Source: Felis catus
Lineage: Eukaryota
Length of the DNA: 64,000 bases
Direction: 5' to 3'
Assembly: GCF_018350175.1 (NCBI RefSeq)
Contig: NC_058368.1
Location: forward strand, 30,940,001 to 31,004,000
Shown here: positions 1 to 13,859 of the stretch, piece by piece
How the letters are laid out: every line of letters starts with the position of its first letter
How positions within the stretch are numbered: position 1 is the stretch's first letter
Position numbers and translations under genes: made by a program
The notes under the pieces: generated by a model
The model's database searches: none
What the model saw: only the letters and a program-made list of their open reading frames with translations
Told to the model about the DNA's origin: nothing

Positions 1-2560
1 ACCATATAGTTGTGGATTTATTTCTGGATTTTCTATTCTGTTCTGTTGATCTATGTGCCTGTATTTTTGGTAGTATCATAAGGTTTTGCTCACTACAGGT
101 TTGTGATATAACTTGAAGTCCAGATGTCTCCAGCTTTGCTTTTTTATCTTCAAGATTACTTTGGCTCTTCAGGGTATTTTCTTGTGCCAGGCAAATTTTA
201 GGATTGTTTGTTTTAATTCTGTGAAAATGCTTTTGGTATTGTGATAAGGTTCACATTAAGTGTGTAGATTGCTTTGGGTAATACAGACATGTTAACAATA
301 TTTGTTCTTCCAATCCATGAGGTTGAAATGTCTTTCCATTCATCTGTGTCATCTTCAGTTTCTTTCATCAGTGTTGTGTACTTTTCAGAGTATAGGTCTT
401 TTAGCTCTTTGGTTAGGTTTATTCCTAGGTATCCTATTCTTTTGGTACAATTGTAAGTGGGATTGTTTTCTGAATTTTTCTTTCAGCTGCTTTATTATGG
501 GTGTTTAGAAATGCAACAGATTTCTGTACATTAATTTTGTATCCTGTGACTTCATTAAATTTGGGTATCAGTTCTAGCAGTTTTTTTGCATGGAGTCTTT
601 TGGGTTTTCTATATATAGGATCATGCCATTTGCAAAAAGTGAAAGTTTTACTTCTAACTTACTGATTTTGATTACTTCTATTTCTTTGTCTTTTCTTATT
701 GCTATGGCTAGGACTTCTAGTGCTATATTCAATAAAAGTGGTGAGTGGACCTCCTTGTCTTGTTCTTGACCTTATGGGAAAATCTCTCAGTTTTTCCCCA
801 CTAAGGATGATGTTATCTGTGGGTTTTTTATATATGGCCTTTATTATATTGAAATCGGTTACCTCTTAACCTATTTTACAGAGGGTTTTGATCATGAATG
901 GATGTTGTACTTTTTAAAATGCTTTTTATGCATCTACTGAAGTGATCATAGTATTCTTATCCTTTCTCTTACTGATGTGATGTATCACATTAATTGATCT
1001 GCGAATATTGAACTACCCTTGCAACCCAGGAATAAATCCACTTGATCGTTGTGAATGATTTTTTAAATGTATTATTGGATTCAGTTTGCTAGTATTTTGT
1101 TGAGGATTTTTGCATCTCTTTTCATCAGGGATATTGGCCTACAGTTCTCTTTCTGAGTGGTTTCTGTATCTGGTTTTGATATCACGATAATGCTGTCCTC
1201 ATAGAAGGAATTTGGATCTTTTCCTTCCTTTTCTATTATTTGGAGTAGCTTGAAAAGAATAGCTGTTAAGTGTCTCTCTCTCCTCTGTCTCTCTCTTTTT
1301 TGGTATTAACTCTTCTTTAATGTTTGGTACAGTTCACCTGTGAAGCCCTTTGGCCCCAGGCTTTTGTTGGTTGAGCGTTTTCTGGATTACTGATTCAAGT
1401 TCTTTGCTGGTTATCAGTCTGTTCAAATTTTTATTTCTTCCTCTTTCAGTTTTAGTAGTTTATATGTTTCTAGCAATTTATTCATTTCTTCTACATTGTC
1501 TAATTTGTTGGTGTGTAGTTTTTCATAATCTCTTATAAATGTATTTCTGTGATGTTAATTGTATAAATGTATTTCTGTGATGTTATTTCTCATTTCTCAT
1601 TTGTGATTTTATTTGAGTTCCTTCTTTTTTTCTTCATAAGTCTGGGTAGAGGTTGATCAATTTTACTTACTTTTCAAAGAACCAGCTTCTGGTTTCATTG
1701 ATCTGTTCTGTTTGTTTGTTTGTTTCTATATCATTTATTTCTGCTCTAATCTTTTTATTGCCTTCTTTCTACTGGTTTAGGTTTTTTTTTTTCTTCTCTT
1801 TCTAGTTCTTTTAAGTGTAAAGTTACGTTATTTATTTGAGATTTTTCTTGCTTCTTGAGGTATGCCTATATTGCTATAAACTTCCCTCTTAAAACTTCTT
1901 TTGCTGCATCCCAAAGGTTTTGCACTGTTGTATTTTCATTTTTATTTGTTTCCACGTACTTTTTTATTTCTCCTTTTATTTTTTGGCTGACCCAAAAAAA
2001 TGTTTAGTAGCATGTTATTTAACCTCCATGTATTTTATTTCATAGTTGACTTCTAGTTTCATAGTCCTCTGGTCAGACAAGATGCATGATATGTCTTCGA
2101 TCTTCATGAATTTGTTGAGGCTTGTTTTGTGGGCTACTTTGTGATCTATGCTGGAAAATGTTCCATGTACACTTGAAAAGAATACATGTTCTGTTTAGGA
2201 TGAAATGTTCTGAATATATCCGTTAAATCCATCTGTTCCAATGTGTCATACAAAGTCGTTTCCTGGTAGATTTTCTCCTTAGGTGATTTATCTATTGATG
2301 TATGTGGGGTGTTAAAGTTCTTTACTATTATTGTATTATTGATTAGTTCCTTTATGTTTGTTATTAACCGTTTTATGTATTTGGCTGCTCGCATGTTGGT
2401 TGAATAAATATTTGCATTGGCTTTTTTTCTTGGATTGTCCCCTTTATTGTTAGTGTCCTTCTTTGTCTCTAGGCACAGTCTTTGTTATAAAGTCTATTTT
2501 GTCTCATATAAATATTGCTACTCTGGCTTTCTTTTAACATCAGTTTTCATGACAGTTTTC

Positions 2561-2786
2561 TTTTTTTTAATTTTTCAAAATTTATTTTCATTTATTCAAG
2601 TATAATTATCATACAATTTTATATTTGTTTCAGGTTACAACATATTGATTCAACAATTTTGTATGTTAGTCTGTACTCACTACAATAAATGTAATCACTG
2701 TCTGCCACCATACAAGTTATTGCAATATTATTGACTATATTCCTTTTTAAAAAAATATATAATTTATTGTCAAATTAACTAACATA
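2561..2786 (-). mobile_element. Two short L1 3'-end fragments nested in the host L1
   Basis: A T-rich tail plus 'tttgtttcaggttacaacatattgattcaacaatt' (older 3' end) is followed by 'aatttattgtcaaatt' (cat-type 3' end). Host L1 resumes at 'catcctctcactttgaatctg'. Confidence 0.65.
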
Positions 2787-3307
2787 GTTTACATCCTCTC
2801 ACTTTGAATCTGCAGGTGAATTTGGGTCTAAAATTAGTCTCTTATAGGTAGTATAGAGAAAGATCTTATAACCCATTATAAGATGGGCTTTGGCTTTGGC
2901 TTTCACTGGAGCATTTAGTCCATTTATATTCAATGTAATTATTTATAGATATGTATTTACTGTCATTATTTGTTTCATGATTATTTCTGAAGATTTTCTT
3001 TGATACTTTTTTGTCTTTCATGGTTTGCTTATTTTCTTTAGTGATACATTTAGATTTTTTTCTCTTTATTCTCTGCATATTTATTAGTGGTTTTGGATAT
3101 ATGGTTACCATTGTGTTTGTATACAGCCACTTCTGCATATAGCAGTATCTTGTGTTGGTTGTTGTTTAAGTTTTAACTCACTCTTTGTTGATTTTGTTGG
3201 GTTCAGTTTTGCCTCCTGGATCTGGATATCTGTTTCCTCAGGTTAGGGAAGTTTTCAACTATTATTTCTTCAAATAAATGTTTTGCCCCCTTTTTTCTCT
3301 CTCTCTC

Positions 3308-3537
3308 TTTTTTTTATTGTTTATTTTTGAAAGAGAGCAAGTGGGGGGTGGGGGGGGCAGAGAGAGAGAGAGAGAGATTGAGGGTCTGAAGCAGTCTCTG
3401 TGCTGACAGCAGTGAAGCAGTGAGCCTGGTGTGGAACTTGAATTCATGAACCATAAGACCATGACCAAAGTGATGATCTAATGACCAGTCATGAGCTGAA
3501 GTTGGATGCTCAACCAACTGAGCAACCCAGGTGCCCC
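3308..3537 (-). mobile_element. Can-SINE (tRNA-derived)
   Basis: T-tail, (GA)n, and terminal 'caactgagcaacccaggtgcccc'. Confidence 0.92.
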
Positions 3538-3954
3538 TCTCTCTTTCTTTTCTTCTGGGAATCTTATAATACAAATGTTGTTATGTTTGATGTAATCACT
3601 GAGTTCCCTAAGTCTATTCTCATTTTGCATAATTCTTTTTTCTCTCTTGTTCATCTTGATTACTTTCCATTACTCTTCTTCTGGGTCACTAATTTGTTCT
3701 TCTGTTTCTTCCATCCTGTTGTTCATTCCATCAAGCATGTTTCTCATTTCTTTTATTGTATCCCTTATCTCTGCTCTTATCTCTTACCTCTGTGTTAAGG
3801 GTCACATACATGTGTTCCACACTTTTCTCAAGTCCATTGAGCATCATTATGATCATTACTTTAAATTATCAGTTCATTTTAGTTACATCTGTTTTGCTAA
3901 GTTCTCTGGCTGTGACCTTGTCCTGTTCTTTCATTTGGAATAAATTTCTTTGTC

Positions 3955-4520
3955 AGGAACACAGAATGGAGGTTACTCAAACAAATTAAAAATAGAAATT
4001 CCACGTAATCCAGCAATTCTGATTCTGGGTATTTTTCCAAAATAATTAAAAACAGAATCTTGAGGACTTACTTGCACATCCCTGTCCATTGTAGCACTAT
4101 TCACGATAACCAAGATAGAAATGCAGTATATATATATAATGAATTATATTCAGCCTTAAAAGAGAAGGAAAGCCTGTCATATGCGACAACATGGGTGAAA
4201 CTTAAAGACATTATGCTGAGTGAAATAAGTCACACAGGACAAATACTGCATAATTCCACTTCTGTGAGGTTCCTAAAGTAGTTAAACTTATAGAAGCAGA
4301 GAGTAGAGTGATGTTTACCAGGGGCTGGAGGGAGGGGGAGATCTGGATGTGCTGTTGAATGGATATAGAGTTTTAGTTATGCAAGGTGAAAAAGTCTAGA
4401 GATTTGTTCAACAATGTGTACGTAATTAATGATACCGTGGTGTATATTTAAAAATATAGTAAGAAGTTAAAAATATAGATGTGTGTATAATATTGTGTTT
4501 TTTACCATTAGAAAAAAAAG
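3955..4520 (+). mobile_element. Old L1 (L1MA/MB-like) ORF2 C-terminus and 3'UTR
   Basis: ORF 4060..4281 contains 'YATTWVKLKDIMLSEISH'. Typical 3'UTR 'ggatatagagttttagttatgcaagg' and an A-rich end. Confidence 0.8.
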
Positions 4521-4619
4521 GCTTAGCAGATATAATCATATGTTTTCAATAACAGTGTCATCCAGAGAGCAAGAGTAAATAGTATCTCATCATGCTGATA
4601 AAAACAAAAAGAAACAATT

Positions 4620-4900
4620 GATCATTTGAGGTTGAACAATAGAGTTGATTGACTAAATACCAGTAGCTAAAAATCTTTGTTTTTATAGCATACCAATAAC
4701 CACTTAGAAAATATAATGAAAATGTCAAAAGATCTCCCTCATCATAACACCAAAAATATAAAACACCCTAGGGCAAAGTTACCAAAATATGCATAATAAC
4801 TACATAAAAAACAAACTATAAAACTTCCCTTGAGAAAGAAAAGATAAATTGAATAAATGGAGGTTGATGTCTGCATTTTTGAGAAAATATGTATTAATGT
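4620..4900 (+). mobile_element. Ancient L1 ORF2 fragment
   Basis: 'caaaaatataaaacacctagg...aaactataaaactt...aataaatgg' resembles L1 ORF2. It probably continues at about 7520-8650. Confidence 0.55.
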
Positions 4901-4944
4901 CTTTTTTCAGTGTTGACAGATGTCTACTTCTACTGTGGTGTCAT

Positions 4945-5911
4945 TGCATTTATTTCAATACAGGCTAAAGTACTCTAACAGCCATCAAAACATAGTGACT
5001 TGACTAAGAAAGAAATTGATTTCTCCTTAGTCTTACCATCCAGAGGTGAGAGGTCTGGGGGTATTAGAATGGTTCTGTCATCCCTAGCATGTGGCTTCCA
5101 AATTTGCTTTACATCTCCTATTTTCCACTCAGCTGGAAGAAAGAGATAGAGACATTAGGGCAAGTAATGTTTACAGAGATACCCCAGAATTTGCCCACAT
5201 CTCATTGGCAGGAACTTTGTCATGTCGCCGCATCTGACTGCCAAGGAGACTAGGGAGTGAATGTAGTCTGTAGCTCTTCCAAAATAGGGTGGAATCTCTA
5301 GTAACAAACCAAAGAAGAACTTAGTGGCTTCAAAGAAAACAGTCATGTTATTATTTCTCAAACTTTCAGAGGCTCAGGAAATGAGATGGATCAGGGTGGT
5401 TTTGGCCTAGCATCTTTCTCGCAGTTGGAGTGATAAGAAATTGGGAGTTAGAGCTGTGGGATGATGGAGCAGCTGGTGGCTGCTCAGACATTCCCCTGTC
5501 TTGTTATCCCAGAACTTTTCCATGTGGTCCCTTCACATGTACCAGCTGGTGCTTTCTCTCAACATGGCAGCCTCTGGGCATTTGGCAGGCTTACATGGCA
5601 AACTGATGCTCCTTAGGGAGACTTTGTGTTTGTGTGTGTGTGTGAATGTGGCAGACAATTCATTGCCTTAATAAATCACTTTAAGAAACCTTAAGAAATC
5701 ACCTAGTGTCATCTCCATTGTATGCTATTGGTAAACACAGACCAGTCTCACCAAATTCAAGAGGAGAAGATATGGAACATACTTTCAGTGGAAAAGTGTC
5801 AAAAATCTGAGACCAAATTTTAAAATTGTCATGCTTACTAAAAAGAATGGAAGAATAGAAGCAGAGAAATATTTTTTAGTCTGTGTCAGTGCGCTTGTGT
5901 CCCATAGATAA

Positions 5912-5961
<50 letters not shown>

Positions 5962-7510
5962 ACACACTTTATTTAGAAAGTTAACCCAGTGTTCCACACA
6001 CTTTCTGTACCTAGCTCACAGCTGGAAATTGAATGCTCTTTTCATTGCATTAATTCCATGAAGAAGTACTAAGAATTGGAAAACTAATATCATCAAAGAC
6101 AGATGCACCAATTTTCATGAAAGATTAGGAGCAAGAAAGCTTAAATAAACTTTTATTTGGAAAGTAGAAGGTATAGGGACATTGAGCTGTCTATCACAGT
6201 CATTAAATCCTGCTTGGAGGAAGACTCTTTGCCCCGGAGGGAGTAGTTTCCTTGGTTAATCCTATTTTGCCAATCTCTATAGAGGGAACCTCCTTCTCAG
6301 CAGTCCTTCATAGCCCCTTCATGGCACTCCCTTTGCAGGTTTTCTCTCACTTATTATGCCCTGCAGCCATTCTTTCAGTGGCTATTGGAGAATGTGGAAT
6401 TTGATGACCTAAGAGTTGCTTTGGAGCCAGCACAATCATAGGCTTCTGTGGTTAGTCTTGTAATTTATTTGGCAATACAATTCCCTCCAAAATTTAGTAG
6501 TCTCTGGTCTACTTGCTTCTAGTCAGTAATATGTGAAATAACCATTTGCAACGATCTCTTCTGGTACCATTTCCTAAGCTTGCTGAATCTCTTCTGACTT
6601 CGGATGGCTTTGGAATTTAGTCAGCCATCCCTCTCTGTCCTATAATTGGGGCTCCCTTGAGGGATTTGTAACCATGACTTCATGTCTGAAGGCCATATCC
6701 TTAATCTGATGTTTGCTTCCAGTCTTTTTGGGGGCCCTAAACTTATTTCCTGCTGTTTCCATACAGACGCAGTTGGAACTTTCAGCCCATTAAGGCTTCA
6801 GATTTCTGAACATTCAATCAATTTAAATTTCAGTCCACACTGGCAGACAGAGCCTCCCATAAACAGAGCCTGTTTTCTCTCCATCTCTGCTTACAGATTG
6901 GCCAATTTTTGCCTACGTGTCTCTTTCACTGTATTTTACTAAAAATAACAAGGTGCTGTCATTCTCCATTTTATTAACCAGTGCGCCTATTAGTATGGCT
7001 TTGGTAGGTAATGAAACTAGCTTCCAGGTTATCACAAGCAAATGTTCTGCCAGTGCTTTTCCTTGCCATAAAATGGGTGACCAGATAGAGAGCCTGTAGT
7101 ATCATATGTGTTCATTCTAGTTCCTAAACAATTGCTAAGGCAATCTTTCATATTCTGTGTTTTTTGTTAGCCTCCTACATCTGAGAATACAATTCTGTTG
7201 GTTAGGTTTTGGGCCAATGTAGTATAAGAAATATCATCTACTGTCTTAAATAAAAGAGAAGTTTTTTTTTTTTTTTCTCCCATGTATCAATTATAGGATG
7301 AATGGTCAAAGGCAACAAATAGATCGTAATGAAGGGACTCAGAAATTGCACTCACTACTCATTGCTGCCTCTCACAAGCATGGATTTAATCATATAGCCA
7401 TAAAGAGTTAGTTGTAAGGCTAGACAGCCTGTCTGAAGCTAACATTTTGGGTCTTCTAATACAAAAGGAAGAAGGGAGAATAGGTAATAGGAGATGGTTA
7501 GAAGTTTCCA
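4945..7510. mobile_element. Cluster of MaLR (MLT1-like) LTRs and probable MLT1 internal sequence
   Basis: MLT1-like motifs 'ctcattggcaggaactttgtcatgtc', 'aacttagtggcttcaaag' and 'ccaaattcaagaggag'. The 6000-7190 segment resembles MaLR internal sequence. Confidence 0.55.
5914..5957 (+). repeat. (CA)n microsatellite
   Basis: Direct reading. Confidence 0.97.
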
Positions 7511-7519
7511 TGACATCCA

Positions 7520-8171
7520 GGTAAAAAACTGACAACCTTTTTTGTTTCTTGAGAATTTAATCAAATTATTCTAAAATTGACCTGGCATAATAGACATGTG
7601 AGAAAAATTATAGAATCCTACAAACAAAAAGGAATAGATTTAGGGAGGATATTGGGGAAAGAAATTTTCCTAAAAAAAATAAAGACTTAAGTATGTGAAA
7701 TAACAAAAGAATACGTTGTCAAAATAGGAATATGTTAGACAAATAGCCTAAGGGGTATAATGCAGAGATTTATATTGCATGATTTATAAAAAATATGGCA
7801 TATACTACATATGATATTTCAAATAAATAGTTGAAAGATTTATTATTAAATGATATTAAAATCAGGTGTATAAAATAAAACTATAAAAGTTCTAAAGGAA
7901 GATATAGTTGAACATTTATATAATTGTGGAGCAGAAAGAAATTTTCTAAGGGTGATAACAAGCGCTAAAGAATAATAGAAACCATGAAGGACAATATTGA
8001 TAGAAATGATTGACCAACTATGCAAGTAAAATATGACCATAAACCTTACTAAAATGAAAATGGAAATCAGGAAAATCTGTGTGATTTATATAATATATAA
8101 AATATGTATATCTTTAAAAAGTACACAGTTATTGATCAACACTTTTATGGAGTAATGGGCAAGGACAATAG

Positions 8172-8208
<37 letters not shown>

Positions 8209-8650
8209 TAAACTGTTATGGAAACTTAAGGAAAACATTAAACCCTACTAGTTATTAAGGAAACAAAATGATGAGAACATTTTTCAATTATCAGGAAGTA
8301 ACTAATTAAAATATCAAATGTTGACAAGTTTGTGATGAAATGGAAACATTCATACAATGATGGATTTTAATTTTATAATTATTATAATATGATAGTATAC
8401 ATAAAAATTCTTGAACTAGTCACACCTTTTTAATGATCAGTCATAACCCTTGAGGAGTTATAAAAATGAACTGAATTGGAAAAGTTTATTACAATGCTCA
8501 TCAGAATGCTTTTTGCAACAGCAAAACACCAACTTCAAAAACCCTTCCTTAAGGAGGCTACTTACGCGATACATGCACAGAGGGAATTCCTAGGCAACGA
8601 TAAAATTTGTGCTACAAATATATTTATGCAATATGATACAACTTTTAACT
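7520..8650 (+). mobile_element. Ancient L1 (L1ME-like) ORF2 3' region, with (CA)n at about 8173-8206
   Basis: Degenerate L1 motifs such as 'aaaactataaaagttctaaaggaagatatagttgaacatttatataa'. Confidence 0.55.
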
Positions 8651-11600
8651 GAAAAAAGTTATGACATGATATATAATGTGTGTGTGTATATATATATGTG
8701 TATTTATATGGCATATATATACATACACACGCTGGTAGAAAACATATATATTATTTTGTCTAAAATGATACATACTTAAGGAACTTTATGGATTGGGGGG
8801 AAATAATTAGGTTAATTGAATTAGCTAGCTGAATCAGGTAAAAAAGAATACCCTTGTGAATGAATTATCTGCTGAATACAATTAGCTATGTAATTGGAAA
8901 TGATTAAGAGGGGATCTTTTCGCTGCAGCTGAGTGTTTTATTGAGATTGTACTTAATTATATTATATTGGTTAAATGTATATCTGAATAAAATTTAATCA
9001 AGAAATATGGAAATGAACAATACTCATTTATACCCATTGATAGTATATACCATAATACTTTAAATGTCAACTTTCATTCTGAAAAAAAACCATAAAAATT
9101 CAAAAATCATATATATGTGTGTGCATATATGTGTGTGTGTCTATGTAAGTTGAAACAAATACTGAGTGATTTTATTTTTAAATATAAGCCAAGGCTCCTT
9201 CTGTAAGCATTCTATAGTTTGGCTAAGATGAACCCATAACATTATGTTCTCTGATACCTATGTTCAATTTGAAATGTGTAAGGTAAGTCATCTAGTTAAG
9301 CAAAAGCTTGATAACCTAATGCAACAAGCTTGAACGTTAGAAATCGGCTAAAATCTTTTATGTGACAATTGGCTCACAAATGTCTGCCTGGGCAGATGGC
9401 ATTGGTTTTAAAAGAAAGACATAGTTTGCCTGGAGAATTTCAGAGAAATCTGGGCATCATTTTCAGACTCTGGTAAAGGAGAAAGGTGTCATTTCCTTGA
9501 CAGCCCCAGCGGTTTCCCTGTTACTGTTTGCATGACAGATGCCATGAACAGATTGATGTGTAAAGAAAAGCGAGGTACAAGAAAATCATACATTAAAACT
9601 CATTAGCTGCCGATAGACATGCTCTGCTGGGAGCCACTCGGAAACATTTTTTGATGTATAGAGAATGTTTAACATTCTTAATATATGTGCTTTTTAATGT
9701 GGTGGGACTAGATTTACATATGTGGTGCTTGCCTAAATGGGAAGAAAAACATTGTAGCTTAAGGACAAGTAGACTTCCATGAATATGTAGCAGAAATGAA
9801 TCCGTCTTAAATACAACTTTCAGGATAGAATACACTTTATTATTTTATTTGTTCTGTTGGCCTGGGTCTGTGGAGCTAAAGCCTGGCAGTGGTACTATCT
9901 GCTACTGCCAAAACAAACAAACAAACAAAAAAACCAAACATTACTGAATATATTATATTATGAAGAAAAAAATTGAAAGCCGCATTTCTGATTCGTGCTT
10001 TCTTCGACTTTTATTTTTATCCTTTTCTCAAGAGTGTAAAATCTAGGCAAGTCCGATCAATTGGTGAAAATAATACACCTCTTTTTGGCTAAGGTTGTCG
10101 TGTCATTGACCCAGGATTATTTTAAAGAATATTTTCTGGGGAAAGGGCTAGAAAGATGACCGCTTACTATCAACCCAGAGAATGGTTTGACACATGTACA
10201 AACTTAGGGCTTTGTGCTATCTACACCATGTTTGAACGAGTTATTCGAGTTATTTTCATTCACAACGTGAAACAAGTTTCTCAACACTAATCGTGATCCA
10301 CTGATGTCTGTCATACTGAGCACTCTTTAAAAACCAAGCTACTTACAATTTAGCCCTCCATTGTGAGGGTGGCCACAGGTGCTAAACCCGTAAAGAGGCA
10401 TGAGACTACTGCCCCTGCAAGCCTCAGAGGTAGAACTGACAGAAATGGCAGCCAACATTTACCACTCGCTAAACGCCAAAGCCAATTTGTCTAAAAGGCA
10501 AGTAAATGTGCCCCATTATTCACACACACACACACACACACTGAACCTCCTGTGAAATTATTTATAGAAATAGATCAACTACAATCATGGATTGACTAAG
10601 GTAAATGTTAATGCACGATAACATTGCAGAAGTGTTCTTCATCTTCAATTTCCTCTTTGACTTGCTTCCATCCTGAATATTATTTTTAGCAGAGAAAATG
10701 GAAGCTAAAAAGAGCATGCTTATTCCTGCCTCTTCTCTCTCCTCTTTTAACATCATAACGCTCTCTCCAGACAATGGGTGTGTCACTTCTTACTGAGCAT
10801 CCCAAGATGCTGCCTCCAACTCTGGGTCTTCAAGAAACCCTGCCTCCTCTCCCCGACCTTGAAGCATTGCTTCTCCTAGTTCTTCTGGGTAGAGGTTTAT
10901 AATCTTGCATTCCATGTGACATCTTCCACGGACCATGTCACAGTTCTGCCTGTGTTACTTCTTGACCCAAACTGTCCACTTTTACAAAACTGTTTCCACC
11001 TCTGAGGCTCATTTCATCCAGCTGTGATACCCTCAAAATACCTTTTACTCTTCTTTACCTGTGTCCTAACTATTCCCTTGCTCATTTTGAAATTTGTCAG
11101 TTGGCTGAATTTCTGTGGATGCCTCCATGTTTGACCCAGGAATCCCAGGAATCAACACCAACAACTCTTGCCATCTGATCTTAAAGCCTTACCATAGGTA
11201 CTGTTATCTCTTATAACTGCCCTAACTCAAATTCAGACATAAAGATGACTAACCACAGCCTTCTGCATACATTGATTGATGTCATTCTGATAACTTGTCC
11301 CTTTATTTTACCTTTATATCTTCATTTGTGACCTCCTCTATGGTTTCATTTCTTTCTTGGACCTTCAGCTAAGGTCCCACTCCTTGATCTTGCTTTTCTG
11401 AGACAGCTTCTCTGAAAAGTCTTATAATTTACCACCTTTGTTCATACATCTAGACAGGTGAAAGTTGCCATAGAAATCACATAACAATACATTTTGATGC
11501 CGCTAAAAAATGATTTCAATTTCCTTTGGGTCTATAATACTAATCAGGTGTGACAACCCCACCTAGTCAATTTATCCCAGTGGCTGTGTTAATCGGCACT

Positions 11601-11659
11601 TTTCAATTGAAAGAGACATAAATAAGGTATATAATGGCTCATGTATTTGAAAATTTGGG

Positions 11660-11818
11660 CAGTGACTTTCAGCCTTTAGCATTCCTGAGAATCCCCTGAG
11701 GGTCTTGTTAAAACTGCTGGGCCTACTTAAGAGTTTCGATTCAGTAGGTCTAAAATGGGAACTAATAATTTGACTTTCCAAGTTGCCAAGAGTGGGAACC
11801 ATACTTTGAGAACCACTA
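11660..11818. mobile_element. MER5A-like hAT-Charlie MITE
   Basis: Termini 'cagtgactttc' and 'actttgagaaccacta'. Internal 'gggtcttgttaaaac' and 'gattcagtaggtct'. Confidence 0.8.
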
Positions 11819-12863
11819 GTCAAGGAACAGCATTATCTTTCAACATGTTGGGATACAAGTGTTCAAACATATCATATGAATATATCTATTTTCTCTCGTC
11901 CTTATTGGTCCTTTGTGTTGGCTTCATTTTTCAGGCAATGTCTAGTCCCATGACAGAAAAAAATGTTACCAAGAGTTCCAGGATTGAGTATCCTTTTTAA
12001 CTCATAAACCCAGAGGAAAAAAAGCCTGTCTTTCCCCATAACTTTTATAAAACCCCAGAAAATAAACTGGAGGGAGTTGGGTTTACTACAGCCAACCTAG
12101 ACGAGTTATATCACTAGGGACCTGGAAAGGAGGGCCCCAAAGAGAGAATGTGGGTTAGATTGATGACCTCTTCAGTGTGTTTTGCATCTTTTTACTAGGC
12201 TCTTAAAACATTCCTACACTTCTGCCTTCCTTTCTCTTAGTAAAGGATCTTATTAATAATTTAGCAAAAACAGCTGAGGTAACAAAGAAAGTCATGCTTT
12301 ACCTCTTGGGCCCAACATTTAATTAAAAAAATGCATGTTTAAGGGTGTAGAGTATGTGTGGCAAAGGGAAAAGTAGAGAAAGCCAGAGTACTGGAGAGGA
12401 AAAGGATGCAGTAGTCCAGGCTGAATAGCAAAAAATCAAAACAACGATGATTGAAAAGCAAAACAAAACCAAAAACAAAAACTCTGAAGTTGTTTTCCCT
12501 GGGGTCAGGAAATTATTAGATCACATGATATATCTTCACCTTATTTCAATCTTTGAGAAAATTGTTTCCTTTTTCATAACACAAATACCATGAAAAGAAT
12601 TTCTTGTTTCCAAAGGTAATTTCATTAATCAATTTTCCCTTCACATTTCTCCATTTTAAACCTCATTCTTTTATTCTACCAACTTCTAATAAGTCCATAA
12701 ATTTAGTCAAATCTGTCCAATTTACTATATGTGATTGTATGTTTATGAGTTTAGTATAAAATTAGCTTACACTGTACCTGCTTTTCAAAAAACCAAACAC
12801 CACTTAGATATTCACACAGCAATAAATATCCATGTATTTCATTGTTTTAAAGGCTAAACATCA

Positions 12864-13036
12864 GGCCTCCTGGGTGACTCAGTTGGTTAAGCATCTGACT
12901 TTGACTCAAATTATGATCTCATGGTTCTTGTGTTCAAGTCCAGAGTTGGGCTCTCTGCTGTCTGTGTGGAGCCTGTTTCAGATCCTCTGTTCCCCTCTCT
13001 CTTTGCCCCCCCACCAAATATATAAACATTGAAAAA
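12864..13036 (+). mobile_element. Can-SINE inserted in an old antisense L1 fragment
   Basis: Perfect TSD aaaggctaaacatca at 12849-12863 and 13037-13051. Confidence 0.93.
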
Positions 13037-13511
13037 AAAGGCTAAACATCATTTTACTCCATAAATTACAACATAAATTATTTAAACATTTCCTAGTTGT
13101 TGAATATTTAGGTTGTTTCCAGTATTTTGTTACCATGACCAATGCTACAAATGACATCTTTATTTATATTTTCATATTCATTTGTTTAGTTCTAACAGTA
13201 TAAAATTCCAGATGTGGAACTTGTTGGTAAAAGAATTGACATTTTTCAGGCTTTAGATCTATGTACCTTCCAGAACAACCACACTGTTCACCTGAAGCTT
13301 AAGGGTTCATAGTCTCATCTATCTGTTCACACTGGGTATTAACCATTCTTTTAATGCTGGCTAATCTGTCAGGTGTAAATTATCCCTTGGTGTCCATTTA
13401 TTTTGCAGATCTTTGAGAACTTTTGCAGTTGAAATATTTTTCAACTTGCCATTTTTATTTCTGCTTTGCCCTTTTGTTCATTTGGGGTGTTTCTAATAAA
13501 ATAAATCAACT

Positions 13512-13710
13512 TTTATTGAGACTTATAATGTTTCAGGTCTATCCTAGGATTTTATAGGCATTATTTCATTTAATCATCACAATAACCTTATGAATATATA
13601 CTGTGATTCTCATTTTGCAAATGGGATCCAAGAATAGACAGATTAAATCATTTTCCAAACGTCGTAATGTAAGTAGCAATTATAGTCAGTGCTCAAGCAT
13701 ATTGACTTTT
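13512..13710 (-). mobile_element. MIR
   Basis: Core 'tcatttaatcatcacaataaccttatg...ctcattttgcaaatggg'. Confidence 0.75.
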
Positions 13711-13859
13711 AAATTACATTTTGTCCAGCCTACTATAATCGACTCTTCTTGGGCTATTTTTTATATCATACATGGACTCTTGTAGAAGTCTTCTTTGATT
13801 CTCACCTTAAGGGACTCAACTTCATCATGAAGTATATATCTGCATAGATATTTCTATAG

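Larger units (their letters stand above)
1..3952 (-). mobile_element. Degenerate carnivore LINE-1 (ORF1 to ORF2), running off the left edge; contains nested L1 tails, a SINE and an internal deletion near 3185
   Basis: Minus-strand ORF 2146..2394 resembles L1 endonuclease (KNFNTP...DLTDIFRTFHPK). Plus-strand text is collinear with the antisense L1 at 50800-54300. Confidence 0.9.

Noticed and set aside
3900..4520. Head-to-head L1 junction near 3953 as a twin-priming inversion
   Set aside because: The plus-strand 3' end looks like an older subfamily than the minus-strand body, and the far end and TSD lie outside the window.
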